64,000 nucleotides of DNA from IMG/VR virus record IMGVR_UViG_3300045971_000149, positions 1 to 64,000 of that record, one strand, 5' to 3'. This DNA comes from a virus. The notes below the pieces were generated by a model. It had not been told where the DNA came from. It searched no databases and saw nothing but the letters and a program-made list of their open reading frames with translations. A program made the position numbers and the translations under genes. Below, piece by piece: positions 29,345 to 40,700 of this stretch. The first letter of the stretch is position 1, and each line of letters starts with the position of its first letter.

Positions 29345-31363
29345 TTATTTTAATCCGGCTAATTTTCTCATTTCGGCAATAGCAGCAACTTCTGGACCGA
29401 CAACTTTTGCTTCCTGGCTCAATTTCATAATAAAGTTTTTAGCAAGTTCGCCCGCTTCAGGACCAAATTCACGAACAATGCCGGCAACGATACCAGGTCG
29501 GCCTTTTGTCCAAGTGCCTTTATCTCTATCGAAAAAACCAACAATTGCTTTAGCAATTTCTTGTGGAGTCGCTTTCTTAGCAGGCTCTTCTTCTGGCTCA
29601 ATTACTTGATCAGCTGGATTAACTTCTGGCTCAATAGTATCTTCATCGGAAAACTGATTACGAACTCTAGCTAAGAACACACTATCCGGATCTTTTTCTT
29701 GTGCATTTACTTTATCTATTAATGCAGCTTTCTTTGCAGCAACCGTTGCCATCAGTTGCTTGATCTTTTGCAATGATCCAGTATCATTAAACTTCTTAGA
29801 TTGTATATACAAATCATTTAAGTGTTTGATCTTCGCACTTAGCTCTCTAATTTCTAATGTAAGTGCAGGGTCTGCAAGTTCAGAAATAACACTTTCTGCA
29901 ACTGGTTGTTCGGGTGCGGGTGCAGGTGCAGCCTGTAGTTGTTGAGCAGGATCTAATTCTTGTGGTTGCTCCGGTTCAGGAGCAGCACCTGCAATTGTTT
30001 GTGCAGCTTGTGGATCGGCTTGATCTAACCAAGACATAATCGTATGTTTAATTAAGTCTGAATCAGCATTCGGATTCATTTTAGCCAGTTGATTTAAACT
30101 AGCAAACAACTCGGCTCCAACATCGGCATCAATACCGATTCCTTGTAATGACTGAATGAGCTCACCGCTCGCACCTAATTGTAAATCTTGAGTTAATAAT
30201 TCTTGAAGACCGTTAGTTGTATCGGGTGTCAAAGTACCTTCAGCAATCTGATGAGCCCAGGATTCAAATGCAGCAAATTCTTTAATTCCTTCGCTAGTAT
30301 TACATTCGCATGGGCTTTCTTTGCACTCTGGGCAGATATCTTCATCTTTTGCTTCGCCCACGTATTCTTCAAGATCGATTTCGCTTTCTTCTTGCATGAT
30401 CGAGTGGATAAGCGGGAATGCTTCTGCAAGACCTTCATCAAAGCCACGTACGGTAAATGTATCTTTGTAGCTTTCCATGGTAGCATCATCTAACACTACT
30501 GGATCTGCTGACTTAGGTTGGAACTGTTCTTTCCAGGATTCGTAATACTTTTGCTGACTAAGGCATTCCATATGATTACGCAGACTTTTTAGTTTTGCAT
30601 TTGTGCGCTCTGAAATATTCATTGCATCTGGATTCATGCTCTTTGTCTTGTTGCGCACATGCTTTTGAAAACTAGCAAGCTGTAAACACTTTGCGGCTGT
30701 TTCAATGATGTCTTTACCGTGATCGTCATGCGGCATACCGCCGTGATATACATGACGTTGCAACGCACGACCTAAGGGCAACCAAGCAAACGGACTCTTA
30801 AATCTCTCACCTTCTGCGTTCTGGATGAAGATGTTCTTAATCTTACGGCTGCGAGAGCCAGGAATTGAATCGTCGATTTTACCATCATGTCTAACAATAA
30901 GTAATGTTTCGCCAACTTTTCTTTTGGAAGTCTTTGAGCTCCCAAACATTTTAGATTCTGCCATAGTTTCTTCCTGTGTGCCGTTACTTCGTTTCTGCGC
31001 AAGATATTGGAAGTCTGTCTTATCCAAATTATCTTTAGTAATATCGCGTGTGTCAAATCTCATAAGTCTACGTTTTGCAAAAAAGCGCATTTCTCTTAAG
31101 AAATCAAACCACATGTCTTGTGTTGTTTCGTCGGTATCTTCTGTGATGCCTTGACTAAAGAAGATTTTTAAGTTACCAGTATCGTTAATACTAATGCTAA
31201 CTCGCCCTAGATTATTGCCTTCTATTACAAAGTCAAAATCAAAAAATCTTGCATCAGCAGGGTTTGCTGTAACAGCACCATTGTCATCACCCATCTGTAA
31301 GTTGGAGAAACGGCTGCGTACTTTGTCGAATAAATCTTGGGCGATAATTTCTATAGGCTTCAT
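29345..31363 (-). CDS. Large conserved hypothetical protein, late/virion-associated
   Basis: 672 aa; ATAAATA immediately upstream; follows the terminase. Confidence 0.6.
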   Translation of the reverse strand: MKPIEIIAQDLFDKVRSRFSNLQMGDDNGAVTANPADARFFDFDFVIEGNNLGRVSISINDTGNLKIFFSQGITEDTDETTQDMWFDFLREMRFFAKRRLMRFDTRDITKDNLDKTDFQYLAQKRSNGTQEETMAESKMFGSSKTSKRKVGETLLIVRHDGKIDDSIPGSRSRKIKNIFIQNAEGERFKSPFAWLPLGRALQRHVYHGGMPHDDHGKDIIETAAKCLQLASFQKHVRNKTKSMNPDAMNISERTNAKLKSLRNHMECLSQQKYYESWKEQFQPKSADPVVLDDATMESYKDTFTVRGFDEGLAEAFPLIHSIMQEESEIDLEEYVGEAKDEDICPECKESPCECNTSEGIKEFAAFESWAHQIAEGTLTPDTTNGLQELLTQDLQLGASGELIQSLQGIGIDADVGAELFASLNQLAKMNPNADSDLIKHTIMSWLDQADPQAAQTIAGAAPEPEQPQELDPAQQLQAAPAPAPEQPVAESVISELADPALTLEIRELSAKIKHLNDLYIQSKKFNDTGSLQKIKQLMATVAAKKAALIDKVNAQEKDPDSVFLARVRNQFSDEDTIEPEVNPADQVIEPEEEPAKKATPQEIAKAIVGFFDRDKGTWTKGRPGIVAGIVREFGPEAGELAKNFIMKLSQEAKVVGPEVAAIAEMRKLAGLK

Positions 31364-31371
31364 TACTATAT

Positions 31372-32949
31372 TTATCCCATTCCAGACATGTAGATAGGCA
31401 AGGGTAGGATCAATTCATCTCCTACATGCTCGTGCATCTTATCGTATATAGCAGGATCCCAGTCTTGTAACATCATAATCATACGGACGTTAAGTAGTAC
31501 GCTTGCTACTAAGTCGTCATGTTCACCAGTTTTTGCTTCAAAACTTAACCCTTTTGCCACAAAAGCTTTGAGTTGCGTAATTAGCGGTTTGCTATAAATT
31601 TTAAAAGTCTTACTTTCGATTAATTGCTTTAGCTTTGCACATGCTGCAATTTTAGACTTAGGAGTAGTTAAAAATCCCTTGCGGAATCTACGAGCGTGCC
31701 CTTTCTTAATAGGCTCACTTAGGAACAATCCCGGGTATGTTTCTTCGCCAAGTTCACTAATTGCAACTAGTGCAGCTTCACCGATTGTATTATTTTCTAC
31801 AGAATAGTAAATGCTAGAGGTCTTACCATCTGCTGTAAATTGCTCGTCAATGTGTTTGGCAATATCCCGCATTATTCGAACCTGTTTTTGAATAGGTGTA
31901 GTGTTATGATGCCACTCCCCAACTTGTTCTAAACTAGGAATTTCAATAATTTCGAGTCCTGCAAAGTCTCCACCGGTGCCTAAACACGGGTCTAACGATA
32001 TAATATAGGTTGCATCTGTGTTAATTTTCTTATACCATCGGACTTGACCCATTTTCATAATAGGCTCTTTGCCCACAAGGTCGAACAACGATATCGAATT
32101 GATAAGAGTTTCGTCAAAGATTAAGAATTCGCATTCGTGTTCTCGACGGAACCGTTCTTCACCGATACGTGCTTTTTCTTCATCAGCCCACTTTTGATTA
32201 CGATCTGGATGTTCTTGCCAAAATGCTTGGAATGGAAAGAATCCGTTCTTTCCGAGGATTGTTTCATTTCCGAATTCGTCTTCTTTTTTATTAGCTTCAT
32301 TCCAAATTTGTGCAAACTGATCTTCGTCACTATTAGGAGTGCTAGTAATAATAGCTTTACCACCTGTTGCAAGTGTAGGTGAAATAGAAGTCCAGAATTC
32401 TGTAGCGATATTTGGCGGAACGAACGCAAACTCGTCGCAGTATAGAAGCGAAAGTGACATACCCCGTCCAGTAGTTTCTGTTGTAGTCTGTGCTACAATA
32501 CGACTACCGTTTTCAAATTCCATACTTTGTTTGTTATAACTAGTAACTCCTGCACGAATGTGATCGGGACAAAGTTCGTATGCATAACGAATACGATTCA
32601 TAATTTCCATAGCACCTGTATATTTGTGTGCTGCAATTAGGATAGTTGAATCCGGAACAAACATTGCATACCATAAAATATATCCGGCTGCGGTTGTAGT
32701 TTTACCAGTCTGGCGCGGAAGTAAGTTTACATTAAATCTATGGTTGTGATAACTATCGATTAATCTACGCTGGTAATCGAATGCAGTGTAATGCAACTTT
32801 CCTTTAGTAGGATGCTGAATATGAAAGAAGTGATCAAGAAAATAATGGGGATCATCAGTACATAACGAAATATCCTGAACATCTTGTTCCGTAAACCGCT
32901 GCTTCTTATGCGCAGTTTTAATTAAATTGCCTTCGAGTATTTTAGCCAT
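31372..32949 (-). CDS. terL: Terminase large subunit (gp17-like)
   Basis: PRQTGKT, YCDEFAF, TSTPN, RNase-H-like domain with HDDLV. Confidence 0.95.
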   Translation of the reverse strand: MAKILEGNLIKTAHKKQRFTEQDVQDISLCTDDPHYFLDHFFHIQHPTKGKLHYTAFDYQRRLIDSYHNHRFNVNLLPRQTGKTTTAAGYILWYAMFVPDSTILIAAHKYTGAMEIMNRIRYAYELCPDHIRAGVTSYNKQSMEFENGSRIVAQTTTETTGRGMSLSLLYCDEFAFVPPNIATEFWTSISPTLATGGKAIITSTPNSDEDQFAQIWNEANKKEDEFGNETILGKNGFFPFQAFWQEHPDRNQKWADEEKARIGEERFRREHECEFLIFDETLINSISLFDLVGKEPIMKMGQVRWYKKINTDATYIISLDPCLGTGGDFAGLEIIEIPSLEQVGEWHHNTTPIQKQVRIMRDIAKHIDEQFTADGKTSSIYYSVENNTIGEAALVAISELGEETYPGLFLSEPIKKGHARRFRKGFLTTPKSKIAACAKLKQLIESKTFKIYSKPLITQLKAFVAKGLSFEAKTGEHDDLVASVLLNVRMIMMLQDWDPAIYDKMHEHVGDELILPLPIYMSGMG

Positions 32950-32962
32950 ACTGTATTTACTC

Positions 32963-32990
32963 AAAAAAATAGCCCCCGAAGGAGCTATTT
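32963..32990 (-). terminator. Intrinsic terminator
   Basis: AAATAGCTCC-TTCG-GGGGCTATTTTTTT on the minus strand. Confidence 0.85.
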
Positions 32991-33004
32991 GATGTAAGCA
33001 AGAA

Positions 33005-33913
33005 TTACTTCTTACTAACTTTACCTGAGCGTAAACGATCTAACAACTCATCGTCGTTCGGACCAGTGATTGCCTTGCCGACTTTCTTTGCAATCTTACT
33101 AACAATTCCCTGCTTCTTTTCAGGTTCTGGTTTATAATGTTGTCTAGCTTTGCTCGATTCTTCTGCTTCTGCCATGTATGTCTTATAGTCTTTCAATAAT
33201 TGAGTCTTAACTGTTTCAACTGCTTCAGCAAATGGGTTGCCGCCACCGTCTTTCTTTGCTGGTTCTTTTGGCTTAGATGTTACTTGATCGTCGCCGTAAT
33301 CGTGATCTTTAACTTTTGGCTCTGGAGAATTATCATAATGTGCTCCGTCGCTTGTTAACTCGTCAGTCATATCACGAACATCATCCGCCATATCGTTAAA
33401 ATGTGCTGCTTGTGCTGGCTCTTCTGCACCGCCGATGCTTTCATCTTCGTCGCCTAGGCCCGGTGCATCCATTGGCTCATCACTACCTTGTGGACCGTTC
33501 ATTTTATCAACGATGCCGATCATGTTTGCCATGTCATCAACTGGCTCCATGTGCCCTGCTTCTGGTTCAATTTCAACTTCTGCGTGTGGCTCCATTCCTG
33601 GTTCCATTCCCATTGTATCGCCAACTGGCTTCATGCCTGCTAACGATAAGATTTGACCAAGCATGTTTGCAACTTCGTCGCCAGTTTCAGCAGTTCCGTT
33701 GATGCTAAAGCTTGCTGGCATACGTGGAGGTTGCATACCACCCATCATCCCTAATGGTCCGCATTCAGCAACTGACGATTCTTGTACAGTTGACTTACCT
33801 GCAATATTAGAGATTGTCCCCATGCTCTTTTCTTGAGACATTGTTGGCTTCGCAACATTAGGGTTTGTAGCATCAATTTCAGCTAGACGTTTCATTACAT
33901 CGATCATTTGCAT
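33005..33913 (-). CDS. Acidic low-complexity protein (possible head scaffold/internal protein)
   Basis: Glu/Asp/Met/Pro-rich; morphogenesis context. Confidence 0.5.
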   Translation of the reverse strand: MQMIDVMKRLAEIDATNPNVAKPTMSQEKSMGTISNIAGKSTVQESSVAECGPLGMMGGMQPPRMPASFSINGTAETGDEVANMLGQILSLAGMKPVGDTMGMEPGMEPHAEVEIEPEAGHMEPVDDMANMIGIVDKMNGPQGSDEPMDAPGLGDEDESIGGAEEPAQAAHFNDMADDVRDMTDELTSDGAHYDNSPEPKVKDHDYGDDQVTSKPKEPAKKDGGGNPFAEAVETVKTQLLKDYKTYMAEAEESSKARQHYKPEPEKKQGIVSKIAKKVGKAITGPNDDELLDRLRSGKVSKK

Positions 33914-33924
33914 AATAATTTCCT

Positions 33925-34494
33925 TTACTTTGCCACAGGGCTTTTAGTGTTTTGTGGCAAGTCATTGGTTGTTTGTCCTTTGCCTTCTGTAGGGATAACT
34001 TCCCCACGTTCCTTTCTCTTTGCTTTTAAGTCGTCGTTCAACGCCTTTACAAGGCTGAGATTATATTTGTCACCGTAGTATTCTTCACTATTAACTTTTG
34101 GATGTTCAGAATAATTGCTATCGTTTAATAGCGCACCTGCGCGTTTTTCTGGAGCATTCTGATATTCTTCTTGAGGTTCGCCGGGGTTTCTAACTACGAT
34201 ATTCTGTTCATTAATTTGTAGACCGTTGCCTAAGTAACTCATTAATTCGTGGCCTGTAACCGGATAGTCAACAGTCACTTCGTAAATGTTAACTTCTACA
34301 TTACGATGTCTTGGAAAATCTAAAGGTAGTGATTGAACTGGAGTTCTTCCTGACTTTTTAAATTCTACAACTTTATACTTGTCTAACAGCGATTTAAGAG
34401 TGGCTTCCTGTTCGGTAGTGATTACTCCTGCAATCTTAACCTTAAAAGGATAGGTCTTTTTGCTTTCTGTTAGGTGTTCTTTAAATGACTTCAT
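33925..34494 (-). CDS. Conserved head-associated hypothetical protein
   Basis: MKSFKEHLTES N-terminus typical of T4-like head-targeted proteins. Confidence 0.55.
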   Translation of the reverse strand: MKSFKEHLTESKKTYPFKVKIAGVITTEQEATLKSLLDKYKVVEFKKSGRTPVQSLPLDFPRHRNVEVNIYEVTVDYPVTGHELMSYLGNGLQINEQNIVVRNPGEPQEEYQNAPEKRAGALLNDSNYSEHPKVNSEEYYGDKYNLSLVKALNDDLKAKRKERGEVIPTEGKGQTTNDLPQNTKSPVAK

Positions 34495-34512
34495 TGGTAT
34501 GTTCCTAGTATG

Positions 34513-34992
34513 TTATTTATCAACATTTTTAAGTTTTGCTAGGAGACTATTGCGGTCAGTAATAATAAATCCTTTGCCCTCTACAGCATCTTCGGAGTTT
34601 TCTCCGACTGTCTTTTTGTCAATAGCAAGCTTCTTTAATTGTAGCTCGACCATTTTTAATTTTTTATCAATCTTAGCACTCTTTGCATCGACCGCAGTTT
34701 TTAGCATTGCACCTGCTACTTCAAACATTCTGCTCCCGTATCTTGCTTCAACGTTCATGCCTAAGTCCATTAAATCGTCAAATGCATCTTCTGCTTTCTT
34801 AGCAAGACCGTCTAGCTCAGTATCGCTCATCGAGCCCAATCCCTCTACTTTAGGTAGTGCTGCACTAATTTTATCAAATTCTTCTAATCGATCCTGCAGA
34901 TTTATAACAGCGGCAGGCGCTTCTTTACGAGGTTTAACTAGCGGCACTTCCGTGGAAGGAAGATTTAATAAAGTTTCAAGTTTCTTTGTCAT
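34513..34992 (-). CDS. Putative terminase small subunit (gp16-like)
   Basis: Helical protein with RMFEVAGAMLK and C-terminal DRNSLL; upstream of terL. Confidence 0.55.
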   Translation of the reverse strand: MTKKLETLLNLPSTEVPLVKPRKEAPAAVINLQDRLEEFDKISAALPKVEGLGSMSDTELDGLAKKAEDAFDDLMDLGMNVEARYGSRMFEVAGAMLKTAVDAKSAKIDKKLKMVELQLKKLAIDKKTVGENSEDAVEGKGFIITDRNSLLAKLKNVDK

Positions 34993-35000
34993 ATGATTAT

Positions 35001-35444
35001 TTAACGCTTCTTACCGCCCATATGGAAAATATCTTCTTCTGTGATAACTCTAAACATTAATCCTTGCTTTGCACACCACTGCCTAGCAACTTGCCACTTA
35101 GCCATGTTCTTGATATAGTGTGCTTGATTAAATTTATTCTTTCCTACTGACTCTGCAAATGCTTGATTACGCGGTTTAATTTCCCATATTTCAGCATGTT
35201 TCTTTTGATCTTTGTCAGTATACACAACAAGAAAGTCTGGAACATAAACAGTTGCTTTACCAGTTAACGGATCTCTATAAGGTATTTTAATACTCTCACT
35301 AGCCCATTGTTGTATGCCCGGATTTTCATCGAGCATTTTCATAACTGCTAATTCCCAGCTTGAACGATATCTCGGAACTCCGTTACCTATATATTTCTCA
35401 GAATTTTTAGGTTGAAAGGAACCTTGTGCATATTTTAAGCTCAT
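35001..35444 (-). CDS. Head completion nuclease (gp4-like, TnsA fold)
   Basis: YRSSWE, WASE, YVPDF, EIKP, FRVITE. Confidence 0.88.
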   Translation of the reverse strand: MSLKYAQGSFQPKNSEKYIGNGVPRYRSSWELAVMKMLDENPGIQQWASESIKIPYRDPLTGKATVYVPDFLVVYTDKDQKKHAEIWEIKPRNQAFAESVGKNKFNQAHYIKNMAKWQVARQWCAKQGLMFRVITEEDIFHMGGKKR

Positions 35445-35818
35445 GCAACAATATTCCTAGCAACTTCTTCAGACACTGTAAATGCATTGCCGACCCCTAA
35501 GCTACTAGTTTTATATCTATTGTAGTTTAGCACCTGTGTAACTATTGCGCTAAGTTGTAAGTTTGAAACATTTTTAAGAGTTTCAATTAGTTCAAATGGA
35601 TTCACTTGATCGATTGTGCTTTGTTTAAGCATAATATATGCAATACTAGTTGCAGCATCTTTTTCGAACCCTCTGCTTTCGAAGAATCCTATCATCGCTG
35701 CATAGGTAGTTCCTTCTATACTAATAGGAGTGTTAGTATATGCATCAAATACTTTTAGAGTAAAATCTGCACTATCAGAAAGTTTAGATGTTTGGGGAGT
35801 ATTATTAATATATGTCAT
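35441..35818 (-). CDS. Hypothetical structural-module protein
   Basis: In-operon ORF. Confidence 0.55.
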   Translation of the reverse strand: MTYINNTPQTSKLSDSADFTLKVFDAYTNTPISIEGTTYAAMIGFFESRGFEKDAATSIAYIMLKQSTIDQVNPFELIETLKNVSNLQLSAIVTQVLNYNRYKTSSLGVGNAFTVSEEVARNIVA

Positions 35819-35825
35819 GGTAATA

Positions 35826-37028
35826 TTACTTAGTCACACTAACAGGAGTTCCTTGAAAAGTGCCAGCTTGCCGGCCGCCTAGATTAATTCCTAATCCGCT
35901 AAGTGTGTTTCCTAACCCTGGGGCATTTTGTTGAATAATATTTCCTAGCACGCCAGTAGGACTCACTCCGCCACCGAGTATCGAGCTCTGTGCACCTGAT
36001 AATACACCCGCACCCATTACCGCAGCATTTAACAGATTAATTGGACTCTTACCGGTATTGCCTAGCCCAGTAACGTCCCCTATTAAGTCTAACGCGCCAT
36101 TAACAGTTCCGTTCATATGATCGCCGATGCCTAACGGGCTTGCAGTATGATCGTACTGTAATTTAGCAAATCCAGTAGGATTATCTTCTACCACTTGTCC
36201 TTTTCCGTAGAATACAGTTTCGTACATAATTGACATTCTACTTTCTGCAATTTTATTACCAGAAGTTTGATCTAATTTATCATGTTCCCAGTTGGAAATG
36301 ATTGGATTGACTAACTGGAAACTAGTAAACAATTGTCTGTTTAACTGATATATTGTAATGTTTTTAAAGAACGGGGATTTTACTACCGGTGAATTTAACC
36401 CGTAATCTGTTGCCCCGTATAGATTGTTTAGATTTGAATATTGAGAACTAGGTTCGAAGCCACCTTTACCGCCTCCGGCAATGCCACCGATTGCACTGCT
36501 AACTGCACTACCTGCCATTCCACCTAATACGCCGCCGAGTAACCCGCCGCCGAGTACTCCACCTACTGCATTCTTAGCTAGCGCCCCTGCACCGCCGGAT
36601 AACTGTGTACCTAGCCCATTATTTGCATCGGCAAAATAATATCTATAATAGTTTAGCCATAAATTATGTGTAGCATTACTTTGATCGTCGTGCATTGTAA
36701 TGTTAACAGGATTATATGTTATTCCTTTCTGAATAACAGTTTTTCTATTATACTGATGCATTACTTCAGTCTGTGGAGTAAATTTAGGAAGGTCGGCGGT
36801 CTTTACTAACATACCTACTATCGACTGATCTCTTGCTAACCAACTAGCATCTGTTATTGCGTCCTGATTTATCTCGTATGTCACATAATACATCCAGCTC
36901 ACTTTCGGAGCCAATGCATAAGGGAGCCCGTCCCTAGAATCTAAGTAGAGTCTTGCTGCGTGAGAATAGTCCTTTACTAAAACATCAGTATGGATATTAG
37001 GAGTAATATAGGCATTAATATTTGACAT
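35826..37028 (-). CDS. Tail tube-like baseplate/tube initiator (gp48/gp54-like)
   Basis: VKTADLPKF...YNPVNITMHDD tube-fold pattern; follows the tail tube gene. Confidence 0.65.
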   Translation of the reverse strand: MSNINAYITPNIHTDVLVKDYSHAARLYLDSRDGLPYALAPKVSWMYYVTYEINQDAITDASWLARDQSIVGMLVKTADLPKFTPQTEVMHQYNRKTVIQKGITYNPVNITMHDDQSNATHNLWLNYYRYYFADANNGLGTQLSGGAGALAKNAVGGVLGGGLLGGVLGGMAGSAVSSAIGGIAGGGKGGFEPSSQYSNLNNLYGATDYGLNSPVVKSPFFKNITIYQLNRQLFTSFQLVNPIISNWEHDKLDQTSGNKIAESRMSIMYETVFYGKGQVVEDNPTGFAKLQYDHTASPLGIGDHMNGTVNGALDLIGDVTGLGNTGKSPINLLNAAVMGAGVLSGAQSSILGGGVSPTGVLGNIIQQNAPGLGNTLSGLGINLGGRQAGTFQGTPVSVTK

Positions 37029-37044
37029 AATAATATTTAGTCAT

Positions 37045-37070
37045 AAAAAAAGGCCCATTGCTGAGCCTTT
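37045..37070 (-). terminator. Intrinsic terminator after tail tube gene
   Basis: AAAGGCTCA-GCAA-TGGGCCTTTTTTT on the minus strand. Confidence 0.8.
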
Positions 37071-37085
37071 CTATTTGAAACAGTA

Positions 37086-37715
37086 TTACTTACCTTGACC
37101 AGTTGCCTGAGCAGAAGCAGAATCAAACGGAGCACGTTTAACAGTATCACCTGTAATAGTAGCAGCAGTTTGAACAGCATTATCAAATGTTAACATCATA
37201 GTAATATCCATTGGATCACTAGACTTATAATCGCCACCTTGGTATGTTACTTTGTTTAAGTAGCATCCATAAAGTGTCCATGTTTCTAGCGTAGTAGGAG
37301 TATATGCGCCGTTGCCGCCGTCGAGTAACTCGATGACTGCTGAGAACTTATAATCAATACCAGATGCTGCACTTGCTTGTTCGAAGAAGTCGAACTGCTT
37401 CTGAAGTTGTTCAGAAACTAAACGGCTAACTGCATTAGAAACGTCGTCGCGCACAACAAGAGTAGCATCAGCCCAGCTAGGCTTACCAGCGTACTTAATC
37501 TTACTGTTATATACGTCGAGAGTGATTGTCTCAAACGATACTTCAGGACGTGAGCAAGTTACAACCTGCTTTGTCAGTTCTGTTCTAGGAGTTGTTACAC
37601 CAAAGTTTTCCAAAGTAACGCGGAAGCGATACTTTAACTTTGGCATCAACATACCTTCGTTTTGTGCACCGCCTACTACCGGTACTGATAATTTGTTTAA
37701 ACTTGCTACGGCCAT
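37086..37715 (-). CDS. Tail tube protein (gp19-like)
   Basis: PKLKYRFRV, KYAGKPSW, WTLYGCY; downstream of the sheath gene. Confidence 0.88.
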   Translation of the reverse strand: MAVASLNKLSVPVVGGAQNEGMLMPKLKYRFRVTLENFGVTTPRTELTKQVVTCSRPEVSFETITLDVYNSKIKYAGKPSWADATLVVRDDVSNAVSRLVSEQLQKQFDFFEQASAASGIDYKFSAVIELLDGGNGAYTPTTLETWTLYGCYLNKVTYQGGDYKSSDPMDITMMLTFDNAVQTAATITGDTVKRAPFDSASAQATGQGK

Positions 37716-37745
37716 AATATGCTCCTTGTCCTTTTATTTATTGTG

Positions 37746-40700
37746 TTAAGCTAGGGTGTATGTTCCAGACTTAATAGCACCAGTGTTTACAATACGTAAT
37801 GGAACGTAAATGAACTCAACTGCCTTAACTGGCTCAATAGCAAGGTCTAACCATAGTTCTGAACGGTCAATTCTTGCAGGTGTATTGTTAGATTCATCGC
37901 AAACTACGATAAAGTCATACAATGCACGTTGACCGACAAGTTCCAACAACAGACTTGTTACAGCATTTTTAATTTCGTTGCGTGTAATCTTGTCATTTGG
38001 TTCAAACAAATATGGGCGGCTTAAAACATCTAGCTGACGACGTAAGTATGCAACTAATCTCGATACATTAATACGATCCAACGCACTTGAGCCATTAGCA
38101 CGAGTGTATTGTCCCATTGCAACAATGCCAGCACCAGTTAATGTAGCGATTGGATTAATCTTAACACTTGCCATCACATCACGCACGCCTGTTGGCAATG
38201 CTGTTGACTTGAATTCACCATTTTCTAAGTAACCGACTGAAGTAGCATTATCAATACCACCACGACGGATACCAGCTGGAGCAAACCATGGATAGCTCTT
38301 TGCGTCACTATTAACAATCATACGCAATGCCATGTGGCTTGGCGGAACAACAATATAGTTGCCTGCTAAGTCGTTTGTATATCCGCTTGGATAGTACATT
38401 GCCATATATTCGTTATAGCTAACTCCGCCCTTATCGCTGTTGTCAAATGCTCCGTTAGAGTTAAGACCCCATGCCTTCAAGTCAGTACCCGTTGCCTTTA
38501 AGCGCATCGGAGTGTCACCAATAACAAATCCAGAGAATGCACGATCAGCATTTAAGCTAATCATATTCTGAATCAATTCTGGGTAACCTGGGCAAACAAT
38601 TAGATTGTATGTTAATGTATCGGTATCTCTAATCGAAACATTTGCATCCATTGCGCTCTTAAGTCCCTTAATAACAAAGCCACGTTGTGCATGACGTCCA
38701 AAACTTCCTGCACCTGTATCTTGATTCGGACTTACGCTAATCCAACGATTTGCATTGTATCGAACTGTTCCACCTGAACCGTCCATTGGAAGATTCATAC
38801 GTAAGTTAATACCGTTGTTAGCAAGTACATTGATGTAATCTGCAACATATTGCTTAACATTAAATCCTGAACGACGAAGATTCCACAATCTCATACCACG
38901 TGGATATTCGGCTGGATCCGGTGCATCTGGATCAACAAAACTACTAAAACGTAAATCTGCAATAGAACTTGGATTTACTGCGTCGCCGCTTGTTGCCCAA
39001 CGTGCATCAGCAAACAACCATCCTGTTGGGCTTGTTTGATCTGTAGGATCTTGAAGAATCCAAGATAAAGTATATAGACCGTCGTACACATAAATTACTT
39101 GGCCGTATTGTTCGATATCAGCGGTGCTAATCCAGATATCACCGTCTGCAAGCGGAGTACCTTTGCTCTGTGTAAGAGGTTTAGTAGCACTTACAATTGG
39201 CCCATTAACGTCTGCGTTAGGGAATACTGTGGCATAACCTGCCCACTTTTGACCGTCGTGAACCATAACATCCACTTGATCAACTATTGAACTATACCAA
39301 AGTTGACCATTTGCAGGAGCAGAACTTGGGGAAGTTGCACTAGCAGAAAATACTAATGTTCTCCAGTTACTTGCTTTAGCAGTAGCACCTGTTGGTTCAT
39401 AAGCACCTGCTGAATAAAAATTAGCAGTATGATCCCACTGACCTGTAACACTATTGTAAACAGAAGGAATAAATCCAACAGTACCTAAGATGTTAGTAGT
39501 ATCTTTAAATAGAATTTCTCCGCCAGTGTTGTGAACAATGCTAACTGATCCATCTACATTAATTGTTGAATTGATATTAGGAATTCCAGATGCATTAACT
39601 GCTGCAACGAAATCACTAATAGTAGTTCCTTGTATTGTAACAGTAGTTGTGTTAACATAACCAGTAACTCCTGCAACGGATGCACTAATCTGTAAGCTAG
39701 AACCGGTAGTTAATGCAACAGTTGTTGTTGAAACATTGCTAGTAATTGTAGTAGGGCTAATACCAACTCTGCGTTGAACTGTGAAGTTTGCAAACGATGG
39801 AAGTCCTGGAGTAGAGTCGTTACCGTGATTATAATTGCTTTCAATAAACAATGTGCCAACTGGAATATTCACTCCCCCGCCTGCCTTATCTAAGCTGTAA
39901 GTTGCCTCTGCACCTGTAGCATAGATTGGAGATTTTACTAAGTTAAATGCATTACTTGTAGCATTATATTGTTTAACTGACCAGTATGCACCACCATTTG
40001 GAATAGTAGTCTTAACATAAACGCTTCCTGCTGGACGAGCAGATGAGCCTGTCCAAGATGGAAACTGTGTGTGAGGTCCGACAAATACTGTTGGGCCAAA
40101 ATATGTCTTTGCGCTCAATCCAAGTTGTGCAAGTAAAGTTGCATCGCCGCTGATAGCAATATTACCATCTGCGGTAACTCCGTTGCTCTTAGCAGTTGAA
40201 GAAGCAAATAATGCCAATGCGCCGCCGACTACCTTTGCACCAACACCCTTAGTTTGAAGTAATGGGTTAATTGCAAGGGCAATATCAGCCATTGCATATC
40301 CGGATGCAACTGTAACTGTAGTAGCATTAATAATTAGTGTACCTGCAACGGATGTAGCTGCAAGAATCTTACCTGTAGCAGTTGGCCAACTTGTTGCCCA
40401 TGATGTGCTAACGAATGTATTATTTGATGCGCCGGTAAAATTAGCTTCGATGTTTGATCCAACTTCAACCCAATTACCGTTTAAGTTCTTGTAGAATGTA
40501 TGAACTTGTTCAAGTGGTTGATTAACTGCAACTGCATAAGAACCTACAACGCCGAAGCTAGCTTTTGGCTTTTGATTAATTGAATCAAATTGTGTTGCGG
40601 CATTGCTATCGTCGATAATAAGCGGAGTAACATCTTTAAATGCACCAGTAGATCCCCATTCGAAAATACCAAACTGTGAGTTCGAAGTGTCAACCCAATA